From: a bacterium
Lineage (GTDB): Bacteria > Sysuimicrobiota > Sysuimicrobiia > Sysuimicrobiales > Kaftiobacteriaceae
Length of the DNA: 37,073 bases
Assembly: GCA_035763845.1 (NCBI GenBank)
Contig: DASUAK010000036.1
Coordinates: forward strand, 1-37,073
Direction of reading: 5' to 3'
The notes below the pieces were generated by a model. The model did not search any database. It saw only the letters and a list, made by a program, of their open reading frames with translations, and was not told the DNA's origin. Within the stretch, counting starts at the first letter, position 1. Each line of letters opens with the position of its first letter. Positions 17,441 to 25,133 of the stretch are shown here, in pieces. The position numbers were made by a program, and so were the translations under genes.

Positions 17441-19437
17441 CGGCCCTTGGAAGCTTCGCCCTGTACGCCGCACTCGTCGTAACGCTCTACGGGCTGGCCG
17501 CCGGGATCCTGGGGCTGCGGCGACGCGATCCGGTGCTGCTCGAGTCGTCACGCCGCGCCGTCGCGGGATGGGCGGGGTGCATCGCCCTGGCTGCGGCCGC
17601 GCTCCTGTACGCGCTGGTCACGCGGGACTTCTCCATCCGGTTCGTCGCGGAGACGACCAGAGCCGACCTTCCGCTGCTCTATGCCGTGACGGCCTTCTGG
17701 GGCGGGCACGCCGGCTCGCTGCTGCTGTGGGCCCTGGTCCTCGCGCTCTACGGCGCGGTCGCCGCCTCATCCGGCCTGCGGCGCCTGCCGGCGGCGCCCA
17801 TCGTCTTCCTGGTGCTGCTCGGCACCGCGGCGTTCTTCACGCTGATCCTCGCCGCCTCCGGCAACCCCTTCGAGGCGCTGCGCATCCCGCCGCCGGACGG
17901 TCGGGGGCTCAACCCGCTCCTCCGCAATCCGTGGATGGCCGCGCATCCACCCGCGCTGTACCTCGGGTTCGTGGGGACGACGGTGCCGTTCGCTCTGGCT
18001 GTCGCGGCGCTCGCCTCCGGCGATCCGGACGGCGCCACCCTCCGCGCGGCGCGTCCCTGGGTCCGTCTCGGCTGGCTCTTCCTCACGGTGGGGCTGCTCT
18101 TCGGCGCGAAGTGGTCGTACGTCGTGCTGGGGTGGGGCGGCTATTGGGCCTGGGATCCTGTCGAGAACGCGGCGCTGATGCCCTGGCTGACCGGCGCGGC
18201 GTACCTGCACTCGGTCCAGGTCTTCGAGCGCGACGGCACGCTCCGCCGCTGGACCGCCGGCCTGCTGATGCTCTCCTTCGCGCTGGCCATCCTCGGCACG
18301 TTCCTGACGCGCAGCGGCGTGCTCAGCTCGGTCCACGCCTTCGCCAACTCGAGCGTCGGGCCGTACTTCGTGGTGTTCCTCGCGTTTTTGGTCGCCGGAT
18401 CGGCCGCCCTGCTCCTCCGACGGCGCCGGGATGCCGGCGCCGCGGATGCCGGCGCCGGCGGGCAGATCGATTCCCTGCTCAGCCGCGAGGCCGCCTTCCT
18501 CGCCAACAACGTGCTGCTCGTCACCGCCGCGGGCGCGGTGCTGCTCGGCACGCTCTTCCCCATCCTGGCCGAGGTCGTGACGGGCGATCGCATCAACGTC
18601 GGTCCCCCGTACTTCAACCAGGTGTTGCTGCCCGTCGTCGTCCTGCTGCTGCTCCTCATGGCGGTCGGCCCGCTGCTGTCCTGGCGCCGCTCCGACCCGC
18701 GCGAGATGGGCGTGCTGCTGGCCGCGCCCGGGGCGCTCGGTGCGCTGGCCGCCCTAGGGGGGGCGGCTCTGGGTATCCGCCATCCGGCTGCACTGCTCAT
18801 CGGGGCCCTCTGCGTCTTCACCGCGGCCGCGACGGTGGTGGAGGCCGGCCGCGGCGCGGAGGTCCGCCGGCGGCGCGGTGATGCCCTGCCGGTGGCGCTG
18901 GTCCGGGTCGCCGCCCGGGCGCGGACGCGCTACGGGGGCTACCTCGTGCACCTCGGGCTCCTCATCATGCTTGCCGGCATCACGGGGTCTTCCGTCTTCA
19001 CGACGCAGACACAGACCGCCCTTCGGCCCGGCGAGCGCGTGCGCCTCGGTCGCTACGAGGTGCGTTACGATGAGGTCAGCGCCGTCGAGGGAGCCGGCCT
19101 CACGGTGACGGCGGCGGCGCTCACCGCCTTCGACGGGCGGGGCGCGGTGTCGCTCGAGGCGCGGCACGTGCACCACCGCGCGCAGGATGCGATCACGGCC
19201 GAGGTGGCGATCCACAGCACGTGGCGCGACGACTTGTACGTGGTGCTGATCGGGTTGTCCGGCGACCGTCGCGCGACGTTCCGCATCCTCCTGAACCCCA
19301 TGGTCGCCTGGCTGTGGGCGGGGGCGGCGCTCATGGTCGCCGGCGGGACGATCGCGGCGCTCCCGGCCCGCCGCCGGGTGTCGCCGGGCGTCCTGGAGGA
19401 CGCCCGGCAGAGCGCGCAGCCGGAGTTGGTCAGATGA
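17437..19437 (+). CDS. ccmF: cytochrome c haem lyase subunit CcmF
   Basis: 666 aa and polytopic. WWD motif WGGYWAWDPVENAALMPWL. GTGA overlap with ccmE. Confidence 0.95.
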   Translation: MTALGSFALYAALVVTLYGLAAGILGLRRRDPVLLESSRRAVAGWAGCIALAAAALLYALVTRDFSIRFVAETTRADLPLLYAVTAFWGGHAGSLLLWALVLALYGAVAASSGLRRLPAAPIVFLVLLGTAAFFTLILAASGNPFEALRIPPPDGRGLNPLLRNPWMAAHPPALYLGFVGTTVPFALAVAALASGDPDGATLRAARPWVRLGWLFLTVGLLFGAKWSYVVLGWGGYWAWDPVENAALMPWLTGAAYLHSVQVFERDGTLRRWTAGLLMLSFALAILGTFLTRSGVLSSVHAFANSSVGPYFVVFLAFLVAGSAALLLRRRRDAGAADAGAGGQIDSLLSREAAFLANNVLLVTAAGAVLLGTLFPILAEVVTGDRINVGPPYFNQVLLPVVVLLLLLMAVGPLLSWRRSDPREMGVLLAAPGALGALAALGGAALGIRHPAALLIGALCVFTAAATVVEAGRGAEVRRRRGDALPVALVRVAARARTRYGGYLVHLGLLIMLAGITGSSVFTTQTQTALRPGERVRLGRYEVRYDEVSAVEGAGLTVTAAALTAFDGRGAVSLEARHVHHRAQDAITAEVAIHSTWRDDLYVVLIGLSGDRRATFRILLNPMVAWLWAGAALMVAGGTIAALPARRRVSPGVLEDARQSAQPELVR

Positions 19438-20093
19438 GGTCGATGCTTGTCGCCATTGTCATTGCGCTCGCGCCGATCGCTGCAGCTGCGGCGCCATCGC
19501 CGCCGGCACCGCCGGGGGTGGACATCGGCCTCCTCCTGCTCGCCGTCGACGCGAAGCGCGATCATCTGCGCGTCTCCGAAGCGCTGCGGCTGAGCAACAC
19601 CGGTCCGGCCCGGACGCTCGAGCTGCGCGTCCCGCTGCCGGAAGGGGCCGCGTATCTCGCCGTGCATCGCGGGATCGAGCGGTGGCTGCGCACCGCCGGC
19701 GGGTTCACCGCGGTCCTGCGCGTGCCCGCGGGCATTTCCGAGGTGGCGTACAGCTACGCGCTGCCGAGCGGACGCACCGCGGTGATGATCCGCTCCTTCC
19801 CGCTGCGCGTGCAGCGGCTGGAGGTCGTAGCGCGCGGGCGCGGGGTGGGGCTCGAGCTCGACGGCGGCGGGCCCGTCGACGCCGTTCTCCTGGGCGCCGA
19901 AACACTGCCGCGGTGGGAGGTCCGGGCGCTGCCGGCGGGCGAGCCGGTCACGATCCTGCTCGATCGTCTCCCCGTTTCGCATCCGTGGCTCCCCGCCGCG
20001 GGCGCGTCCGGGATCGCCGTGGTCCTGGGGACAGGGCTGATCAGGCACCTCCGCCGTGGCCCGCCGCCGGGGGAGGAGACCTCCAGCCGGTGA
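19434..20093 (+). CDS. hypothetical exported protein with C-terminal TM anchor (no Cys)
   Basis: ATG at 19434 forms an ATGA overlap with ccmF. Signal-like N-terminus MRSMLVAIVIALAPIAAAAA, then a beta-rich body, then a C-terminal hydrophobic helix plus RHLRRG. No CxxC and no recognisable family. Confidence 0.55.
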   Translation: MRSMLVAIVIALAPIAAAAAPSPPAPPGVDIGLLLLAVDAKRDHLRVSEALRLSNTGPARTLELRVPLPEGAAYLAVHRGIERWLRTAGGFTAVLRVPAGISEVAYSYALPSGRTAVMIRSFPLRVQRLEVVARGRGVGLELDGGGPVDAVLLGAETLPRWEVRALPAGEPVTILLDRLPVSHPWLPAAGASGIAVVLGTGLIRHLRRGPPPGEETSSR

Positions 20094-21013
20094 AAGAACC
20101 CATAGTGCTTGGTATGTTGGGTCCCACCCGCCCGCTGTTCGCCCTGCTGGTGACCGGGTCACTGTTCGCTGCCGCGTGCCAGCCGACGGTCAACATCTCC
20201 CGCGCCACGGCGCGCGTCGCATCACCCGGACCGGCGCCGGCCGAGGAGCGCCTGGTGCCGGTGCGCCCCTCCGCGATCGAGGGACGGCGCGTCTTCCAGC
20301 GGGCGCAGTGCGTGGTCTGCCACGGGCCGGAGGGCCTGGGCAACGGCCCGGCCGCGGCGAACCTGAAGTCCCCCGGCAAGAATCTGATGACCGACTTCTT
20401 CCGCCTGCTCGGGATCCGCCTCCGGGGTGAGCAGCTGCCCAGCCGTCCCGCGAACTTCCACAACACGGTGGCGATGCGGCTGAACAGCCCGTTCAGCATG
20501 TACGAGACGGTGACGCGCGGCCGGCCGCACACCGCGATGCCCGCCTTCCCGCCGCGGGGCGGCAAGCCCGCGTACGGCGCGAGCTCCTTCGGCGTGAACC
20601 TCACGGACGCGGAGCGGTGGCACGTTATCTTCCACGAGTGGACCTACCAGAGCACGCCGGCGGAGATCCGGACCGGCCGGCGGCTCTACGAGACGAAGCG
20701 GATCGCCGTGGAGGGCACGGCGCTGACCTGCGCCTCCTGCCACGGGACGGCGGGCGATGGGCGCGGGCCGCGCGGGGCGGAGCTCTCCCGCGAGCTGTGG
20801 CACTGGGCGCGCGGGCAGGGCCCCGGTATCTTCACCGACATCAACCTGATGGCGCAGCGCAAGCCCACCGAGCTGTACCAGGCCATCATCGACGGCCGCG
20901 GGCGGATGCCGGCCTACCGCGGCAAGCTCACCGAAGAGGAGCTGTGGGCGCTGGTCAACTACCTCTACACCTTCGTCTACGACTACCCGTGGGAGGAGGG
21001 GGCCGGGCGGTGA
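20090..21013 (+). CDS. dihaem c-type cytochrome, probable lipoprotein
   Basis: Two CxxCH motifs (CVVCHG, CASCHG), each followed by a Met-ligand context (TAMPAF, GRMPAY). Lipobox-like LFAAAC. Start is either GTG 20090 (GTGA overlap) or ATG 20114. Confidence 0.85.
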   Translation: MKEPIVLGMLGPTRPLFALLVTGSLFAAACQPTVNISRATARVASPGPAPAEERLVPVRPSAIEGRRVFQRAQCVVCHGPEGLGNGPAAANLKSPGKNLMTDFFRLLGIRLRGEQLPSRPANFHNTVAMRLNSPFSMYETVTRGRPHTAMPAFPPRGGKPAYGASSFGVNLTDAERWHVIFHEWTYQSTPAEIRTGRRLYETKRIAVEGTALTCASCHGTAGDGRGPRGAELSRELWHWARGQGPGIFTDINLMAQRKPTELYQAIIDGRGRMPAYRGKLTEEELWALVNYLYTFVYDYPWEEGAGR

Positions 21014-21016
21014 GGG

Positions 21017-21040
21017 CGCGAATGGTTGCGCGCATTCGCG
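21017..21040 (+). other. intercistronic inverted repeat (8-bp stem CGCGAATG / CATTCGCG, 8-nt loop)
   Basis: Read directly in the 50-nt gap between the cytochrome c stop and the Rieske start. No U-tract follows, so it is more likely an mRNA processing or stability element than a terminator. Confidence 0.3.
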
Positions 21041-21063
21041 GCGGCGCGGTATCGTGAAGCGGG

Positions 21064-21732
21064 ATGGATGAGACCTCGTCGCCGCAGCTGAAGCGCCGCG
21101 CCTTCCTCAAGGCGGCCACGGCCGTGCCGGTTGTGGCCGCCCTGGGGGCGCTTGCGTCCCCGCTGCTGCGGCTGCTGAAGCCGAACGTGCCGAAGATGGG
21201 CGTGCTCGCCCCCACGGCGCAGGACGTGGCCCGGGGCGAGGTCACCGTGGCCGCCACCCTGGCGGACCTGCGGCAGCCCTGGGACTACAAGTACTTCGTC
21301 TTCACGCAGCGCTACCCGCAGTACACGTCCGATGGGTTCAAGACCGCCAACGTCCCCGGTGTGGCCATCCGGCTGCCGTACAAGATCCGGCTCCCCCTGG
21401 CCTGGGCGCAGACGATCGGCAAGGAGCCCAAGGTGACGGAGAGCGACATCGTCGTCTTCTCGCGCATCTGCCCGCACCTGGGCTGCATCTACAACTACGT
21501 CCCGAACTGGCGCGAGGTCAGCGCGGGCTACGGGGGCTATGTGCCGCCGCAGCAGCGCCAGCACGCCCTGCTGGCCTGCCCGTGCCACCTCAGCATCTAC
21601 GATCCCGCGGACCAGGCCCAGCCCGGCCGCGTTCTCTCCGGACCCGCGCCGCGCCCGCCCCGGACCTTCCTCTTCGAGCTCCAGGGCGAGCGGATCGTCG
21701 TCACCGACGTCGAGCCGGGCGGGATCGCCTGA
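21064..21732 (+). CDS. qcrA: Rieske [2Fe-2S] iron-sulfur protein with Tat signal
   Basis: Twin-arginine motif KRRAFLKAATAV. Cluster boxes CPHLGC and CPCHLS, including both extra disulfide cysteines. 222 aa. Confidence 0.9.
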   Translation: MDETSSPQLKRRAFLKAATAVPVVAALGALASPLLRLLKPNVPKMGVLAPTAQDVARGEVTVAATLADLRQPWDYKYFVFTQRYPQYTSDGFKTANVPGVAIRLPYKIRLPLAWAQTIGKEPKVTESDIVVFSRICPHLGCIYNYVPNWREVSAGYGGYVPPQQRQHALLACPCHLSIYDPADQAQPGRVLSGPAPRPPRTFLFELQGERIVVTDVEPGGIA

Positions 21733-21737
21733 CGCCC

Positions 21738-22877
21738 ATGTGGGACCGCCTGCGCGACTGGACCCGCGAGCGCCGCGAGAAGCTCGACCTCTTCGACGAG
21801 ACGCTGGTGGCCCGCCAGGCCAACCCGATGTTCCTGCTGGGGCCGCTGCTCTACTACTTCTGGATGATCACCGTGGTCAGCGGCGTCGTGCTGATGATCT
21901 GGTACGAGCCGACGACCACCGGGGCGTTCAGCTCCATCGACCGCATCCAGCACGAGGTGCCGCTGGGCTGGCTTATCCGCGGGCTGCACAAGTACGCCGC
22001 GGACGGCGTGATCGTGACGATCATCCTGCGGATCTACCGGATGTACTTCCTCGGGGAGTACAAGAAGCCGGGCGAGCTGTCCTGGATCCTCGGCTTCCTG
22101 GGCCTGATCCTGGCGATGATCTCCGGGATCACCGGCTACCTGCTGATCTGGAACCAGCGCGCCTTCTGGGCGGCGAAGACGGTGCTCACCGTGCCGGTGT
22201 ACTTCGACGAGATCCCCGTGCTCGGGCCGATGGGCTTCGGCTCGATGATCGCCTACATCTTCCTGGGCGGGCCGGCCGTGGGCCAGGCCACGATCACGCG
22301 CTTCTACGCCCTGCACTTCGGGATCTCACTCGTCCTGTTGATCCTGATCGAGGTCTTCTTCCAGCGCACGCGGCGCAAGCGCATCAGCATGTCGCTGCTG
22401 CCGATGATCCTCTTCCTCGTGATGCTGGTCGTGATCAGCTACGTCCTGCCCGCCGAGTCCGGCCGGCGCGCCGACCCGACGCGCACGCCGCTGCCCATCC
22501 TCTCGGACTGGTACTTCCTGGCCCTGTACCAGTACGTCAAGTACACGCCCCCGCTGTGGGCGGGCCTCGGGCCGGGGCTGCTCATCGGTTTCGGCATGCT
22601 CGTGCCGTTCCTCGATCGCAGCAAGGGCCGCCGGCCGCTGGAGCGCCCGTTCTTCTTCGTCGTCGGCGTCATGGCGCTGCTGTACTTCCTGGTCTTCACG
22701 GTGCTGATCTTGTTCAACATCGCGGTGATCGAGCGCGAGCCGTTCATCGTCATGAACCTCACGCTGCTCGTACTGGCCGCGGCCCTGGTCTGGGAGGTCC
22801 GCCACCGCCGCCGCCGGCGCGCCCTGGCCGCCCGGCCGCCCGCTCCGGCGCCGGGACGCGCCGCGGCGCACGGCTGA
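21738..22877 (+). CDS. qcrB: cytochrome b (fused b6 + subunit-IV-like, 379 aa), variant lacking both n-side haem His ligands
   Basis: ATG at 21738. WLIRGLHKYAADG (helix B), ITGYLLIWNQRAFWAAK and ITRFYALHFG (helix D) are cytochrome b/b6 signatures. PILSDWYF occupies the PEWY position. Confidence 0.9.
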   Translation: MWDRLRDWTRERREKLDLFDETLVARQANPMFLLGPLLYYFWMITVVSGVVLMIWYEPTTTGAFSSIDRIQHEVPLGWLIRGLHKYAADGVIVTIILRIYRMYFLGEYKKPGELSWILGFLGLILAMISGITGYLLIWNQRAFWAAKTVLTVPVYFDEIPVLGPMGFGSMIAYIFLGGPAVGQATITRFYALHFGISLVLLILIEVFFQRTRRKRISMSLLPMILFLVMLVVISYVLPAESGRRADPTRTPLPILSDWYFLALYQYVKYTPPLWAGLGPGLLIGFGMLVPFLDRSKGRRPLERPFFFVVGVMALLYFLVFTVLILFNIAVIEREPFIVMNLTLLVLAAALVWEVRHRRRRRALAARPPAPAPGRAAAHG

Positions 22878-22878
22878 C

Positions 22879-23139
22879 GTGCGAGTCCTCTCGATGGTCG
22901 GGGCCTTCATCGTGGCGATGTGGGCGGTCGGCGGGGGATGGGCGGCCCTGCGCGGGGTCTGGTCGTCCCCCACGGCCGCGGGGGGTGCGGCGGTCGCCGC
23001 GTACACTGCCGCCTTCCTGGCTGCGTTCATCTATCTGGCCTTCTGGGTCTACGCCGCCGACCGGGCCGCGGGCAAGGTCCGGCGGCCGATCGGGCTGTAC
23101 GAGCGCATCCTGAACCGGAGGGGTCCGGGGCATGCGTAG
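22879..23139 (+). CDS. hypothetical small membrane protein (2 TM)
   Basis: GTG at 22879, 1 nt after the cytochrome b stop (or ATG 22894). 86 aa with two hydrophobic helices. GC3-rich frame. No homology recognised. Confidence 0.4.
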   Translation: MRVLSMVGAFIVAMWAVGGGWAALRGVWSSPTAAGGAAVAAYTAAFLAAFIYLAFWVYAADRAAGKVRRPIGLYERILNRRGPGHA

Positions 23140-23332
23140 CGCCTACGCGCTGGGCATCGTGCTGCTGTCAGCGCTCGCCCTGCTGTTCGCGGTGGGGATC
23201 GTCTACGGCGAGATCGGCGACCGCTGGTTCTTCGGCGGCGGCATGATCGGAGCGCTGCTGCTGGCCTACTCCTTTATCGTCCTGTTCCTGCGGAAGTTGG
23301 GGATCATCGGGCCACGGAAGGCGGAGCGATGA
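23132..23332 (+). CDS. hypothetical small membrane protein (2 TM)
   Basis: ATG at 23132 overlaps the previous ORF by 8 nt. 66 aa with two clear TM helices (ALGIVLLSALALLFAVGIVY, MIGALLLAYSFIVLFL). Its stop overlaps the next start (ATGA). Confidence 0.45.
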   Translation: MRSAYALGIVLLSALALLFAVGIVYGEIGDRWFFGGGMIGALLLAYSFIVLFLRKLGIIGPRKAER

Positions 23333-24537
23333 GTCTGACGGCGGGCGCCCCCAGGCCGGCGGAGGCACCGCGCGGGCGGTACGGCCGCGCCATGACGGCG
23401 CTGCTGCGCGGCACCCTGCGGCTGGACGTTCTCATCAACAAGCTGTATCCGACCGACTACAACCCGCTCTACTACACGGGCGGGCTGGCCAACCTCTTCC
23501 TGTTCGTGCTGGTGCTCTCCGGCATCTTCCTCTTCTTCTACTATGAAGCGAGCCTCGGCGGGGCGTTTGCCTCGGTCCGCTACATCACGGAGGGCGTGCC
23601 CTACGGGGGCATCATCCGCGGCATCCACCGCTACGCGGCGGACGGCTTCATCGTGGCGGTCCTGCTGCACCTGTTCCGCAACTGGTTCACCGACCGCTAC
23701 CTCTTCAGCCGCGACAACCCCTGGATCTCGGGGATGTTCCTGCTCGCCTTCGGCGGGTTCGTGGGCTTCACCGGCTACCAGCTCGTCTGGGACGAGCGGG
23801 CGCAGGTTCTGACCAGCCTGTTCCTCGGCATGCTGCGCAGCATCCCCTGGGCGGGCGAGGCGCTGGCCCGCGCGTTCCTCGGCGGCGGGGGGGTGGGGGA
23901 CAGCACGCTGGTGCGCGTCCTCTTCCTGCACGTCGCGCCGGCCTCGGTGCTGTACGTGCTGCTCTGGTGGCACTACACGCGCGTCCGCCATCCGAAGATC
24001 TGGCCGCCCGCGGTGTGGGTCCTGCTCTGCCTGGGCCTGGTCTTCCTGCTGGCCGGCGCGCTGCCGGCCACCAGCGGCCCGCCGGCCACCCCCGCCGGGC
24101 AGCCCGCGAGCTTCCCCATGGACGTCTTCTTCCTGCTGCCGTTCTGGCTGGTGAACTGGCTGCCCGCGGGCGCGGTCGTCTTCCTGCTCGCCGTCCTCCT
24201 CGTGCTCGGCTTCATCATCCCATACGCCGGAGCGCGCGAGCGGCCGGAGGGGATGGAGGTGCGCCACGCCGGCGTGGCCCAGGTCATCGACGGGAACTGC
24301 ACCGGCTGCGAGCTGTGCTACTTCGACTGCCCGTACAACGCCATCGTGATGGCGTCCTCGCCGGCGCCGGGGCTGTCGCGGGCCGCGGCCAACCGCACCC
24401 TGCTGGCTGTCGTCCTCGAGTCGCGCTGCGTGGAGTGCGGGATCTGCATCGGGGCCTGCCCCTTCGAGGCGCTCGAACTGCCGCGCTTCCTGGAGCGCGA
24501 CGTGAAGCAGCTCGTCGCGGAGGCGGTGGGGGCATGA
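23329..24537 (+). CDS. cytochrome b (four-His, dihaem type) fused to a C-terminal 2x[4Fe-4S] ferredoxin domain
   Basis: IIRGIHRYAADGFIVAVLLHLFRNWF has H100/H114 and VLFLHVAPASVLYVLLWWH has H201/H215, both at canonical 14-residue spacing. FTGYQLVWDERA is also cytochrome b-like. Two more TM helices follow. The C-terminal domain carries CTGCELCYFDCP and CVECGICIGACP (CxxCxxCxxxCP twice). Confidence 0.85.
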   Translation: MSLTAGAPRPAEAPRGRYGRAMTALLRGTLRLDVLINKLYPTDYNPLYYTGGLANLFLFVLVLSGIFLFFYYEASLGGAFASVRYITEGVPYGGIIRGIHRYAADGFIVAVLLHLFRNWFTDRYLFSRDNPWISGMFLLAFGGFVGFTGYQLVWDERAQVLTSLFLGMLRSIPWAGEALARAFLGGGGVGDSTLVRVLFLHVAPASVLYVLLWWHYTRVRHPKIWPPAVWVLLCLGLVFLLAGALPATSGPPATPAGQPASFPMDVFFLLPFWLVNWLPAGAVVFLLAVLLVLGFIIPYAGARERPEGMEVRHAGVAQVIDGNCTGCELCYFDCPYNAIVMASSPAPGLSRAAANRTLLAVVLESRCVECGICIGACPFEALELPRFLERDVKQLVAEAVGA

Positions 24538-24992
24538 GCGCCTTCCCGAAGGTCGTCGGATTCGTGTGCGACTGGAGCGTCGATCTGACGCCTCTGCTGG
24601 ACGGCGGAGCGCTGCGCGACGTGCCCGGCGTGCGGATCATCCGCGTGCCGTGCTCGGGGTTCATACGCCCGAGCTGGCTCGAGGACGCGCTGTCCGGCGG
24701 GGCCGACGGCGTCTTCGTCACGGGCTGCCCCTACGGAGACTGCCTGAACCGCGAAGGCAACTACCTCATGCGCGACCGGATCGACCAGCTGCAGCGCCGC
24801 CTGGTTCGCCGGCGGACGGATCCGGCCCGGCTGGGCATGCTCGCGCACGGGCTGCACGACGGGGACGCCTTCCTGGCCGAAGTGCGCGAGTTCGTCCGGC
24901 GGCTGGAGGCGCTGGCGGCCGCGCCGCCCGCCTCCGCCGGGCGCCCCGCGCGTGCGGCCAAGCCGGCTCCGGCGGAGGGAGACCCGGCGTGA
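24534..24992 (+). CDS. MvhD/FlpD-like iron-sulfur protein (methyl-viologen-reducing hydrogenase delta-subunit family)
   Basis: ATG at 24534 forms an ATGA overlap with the upstream stop. VVGFVCDWS...VRIIRVPCSGFIRPSWLEDALSGGADGVFVTGCPYGDCLNREGNYLMRDR matches the FlpD/MvhD domain pattern with its four conserved Cys. No signal peptide. Ala/Pro-rich tail. Confidence 0.75.
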   Translation: MSAFPKVVGFVCDWSVDLTPLLDGGALRDVPGVRIIRVPCSGFIRPSWLEDALSGGADGVFVTGCPYGDCLNREGNYLMRDRIDQLQRRLVRRRTDPARLGMLAHGLHDGDAFLAEVREFVRRLEALAAAPPASAGRPARAAKPAPAEGDPA

Positions 24993-25096
24993 AGCGGCTG
25001 CCCCCCAAGGTCATCGCGGCCTACGTCCTTTACTACATCCTCTGGTTCCTGCTGCTGACGTTCGTGGCCTCATTCGGTTTGATCGCCGAGACCTGA
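24989..25096 (+). CDS. possible 35-aa single-TM peptide
   Basis: GTG at 24989 forms a GTGA overlap with the upstream stop. VKRLPPKVIAAYVLYYILWFLLLTFVASFGLIAET is a basic N-terminus plus one TM helix. Supported only by coupling and hydrophobicity. Confidence 0.3.
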   Translation: MKRLPPKVIAAYVLYYILWFLLLTFVASFGLIAET

Positions 25097-25133
25097 GGAA
25101 AAGTCTATCGCGACATCACGGAGGAGGGCGTCA

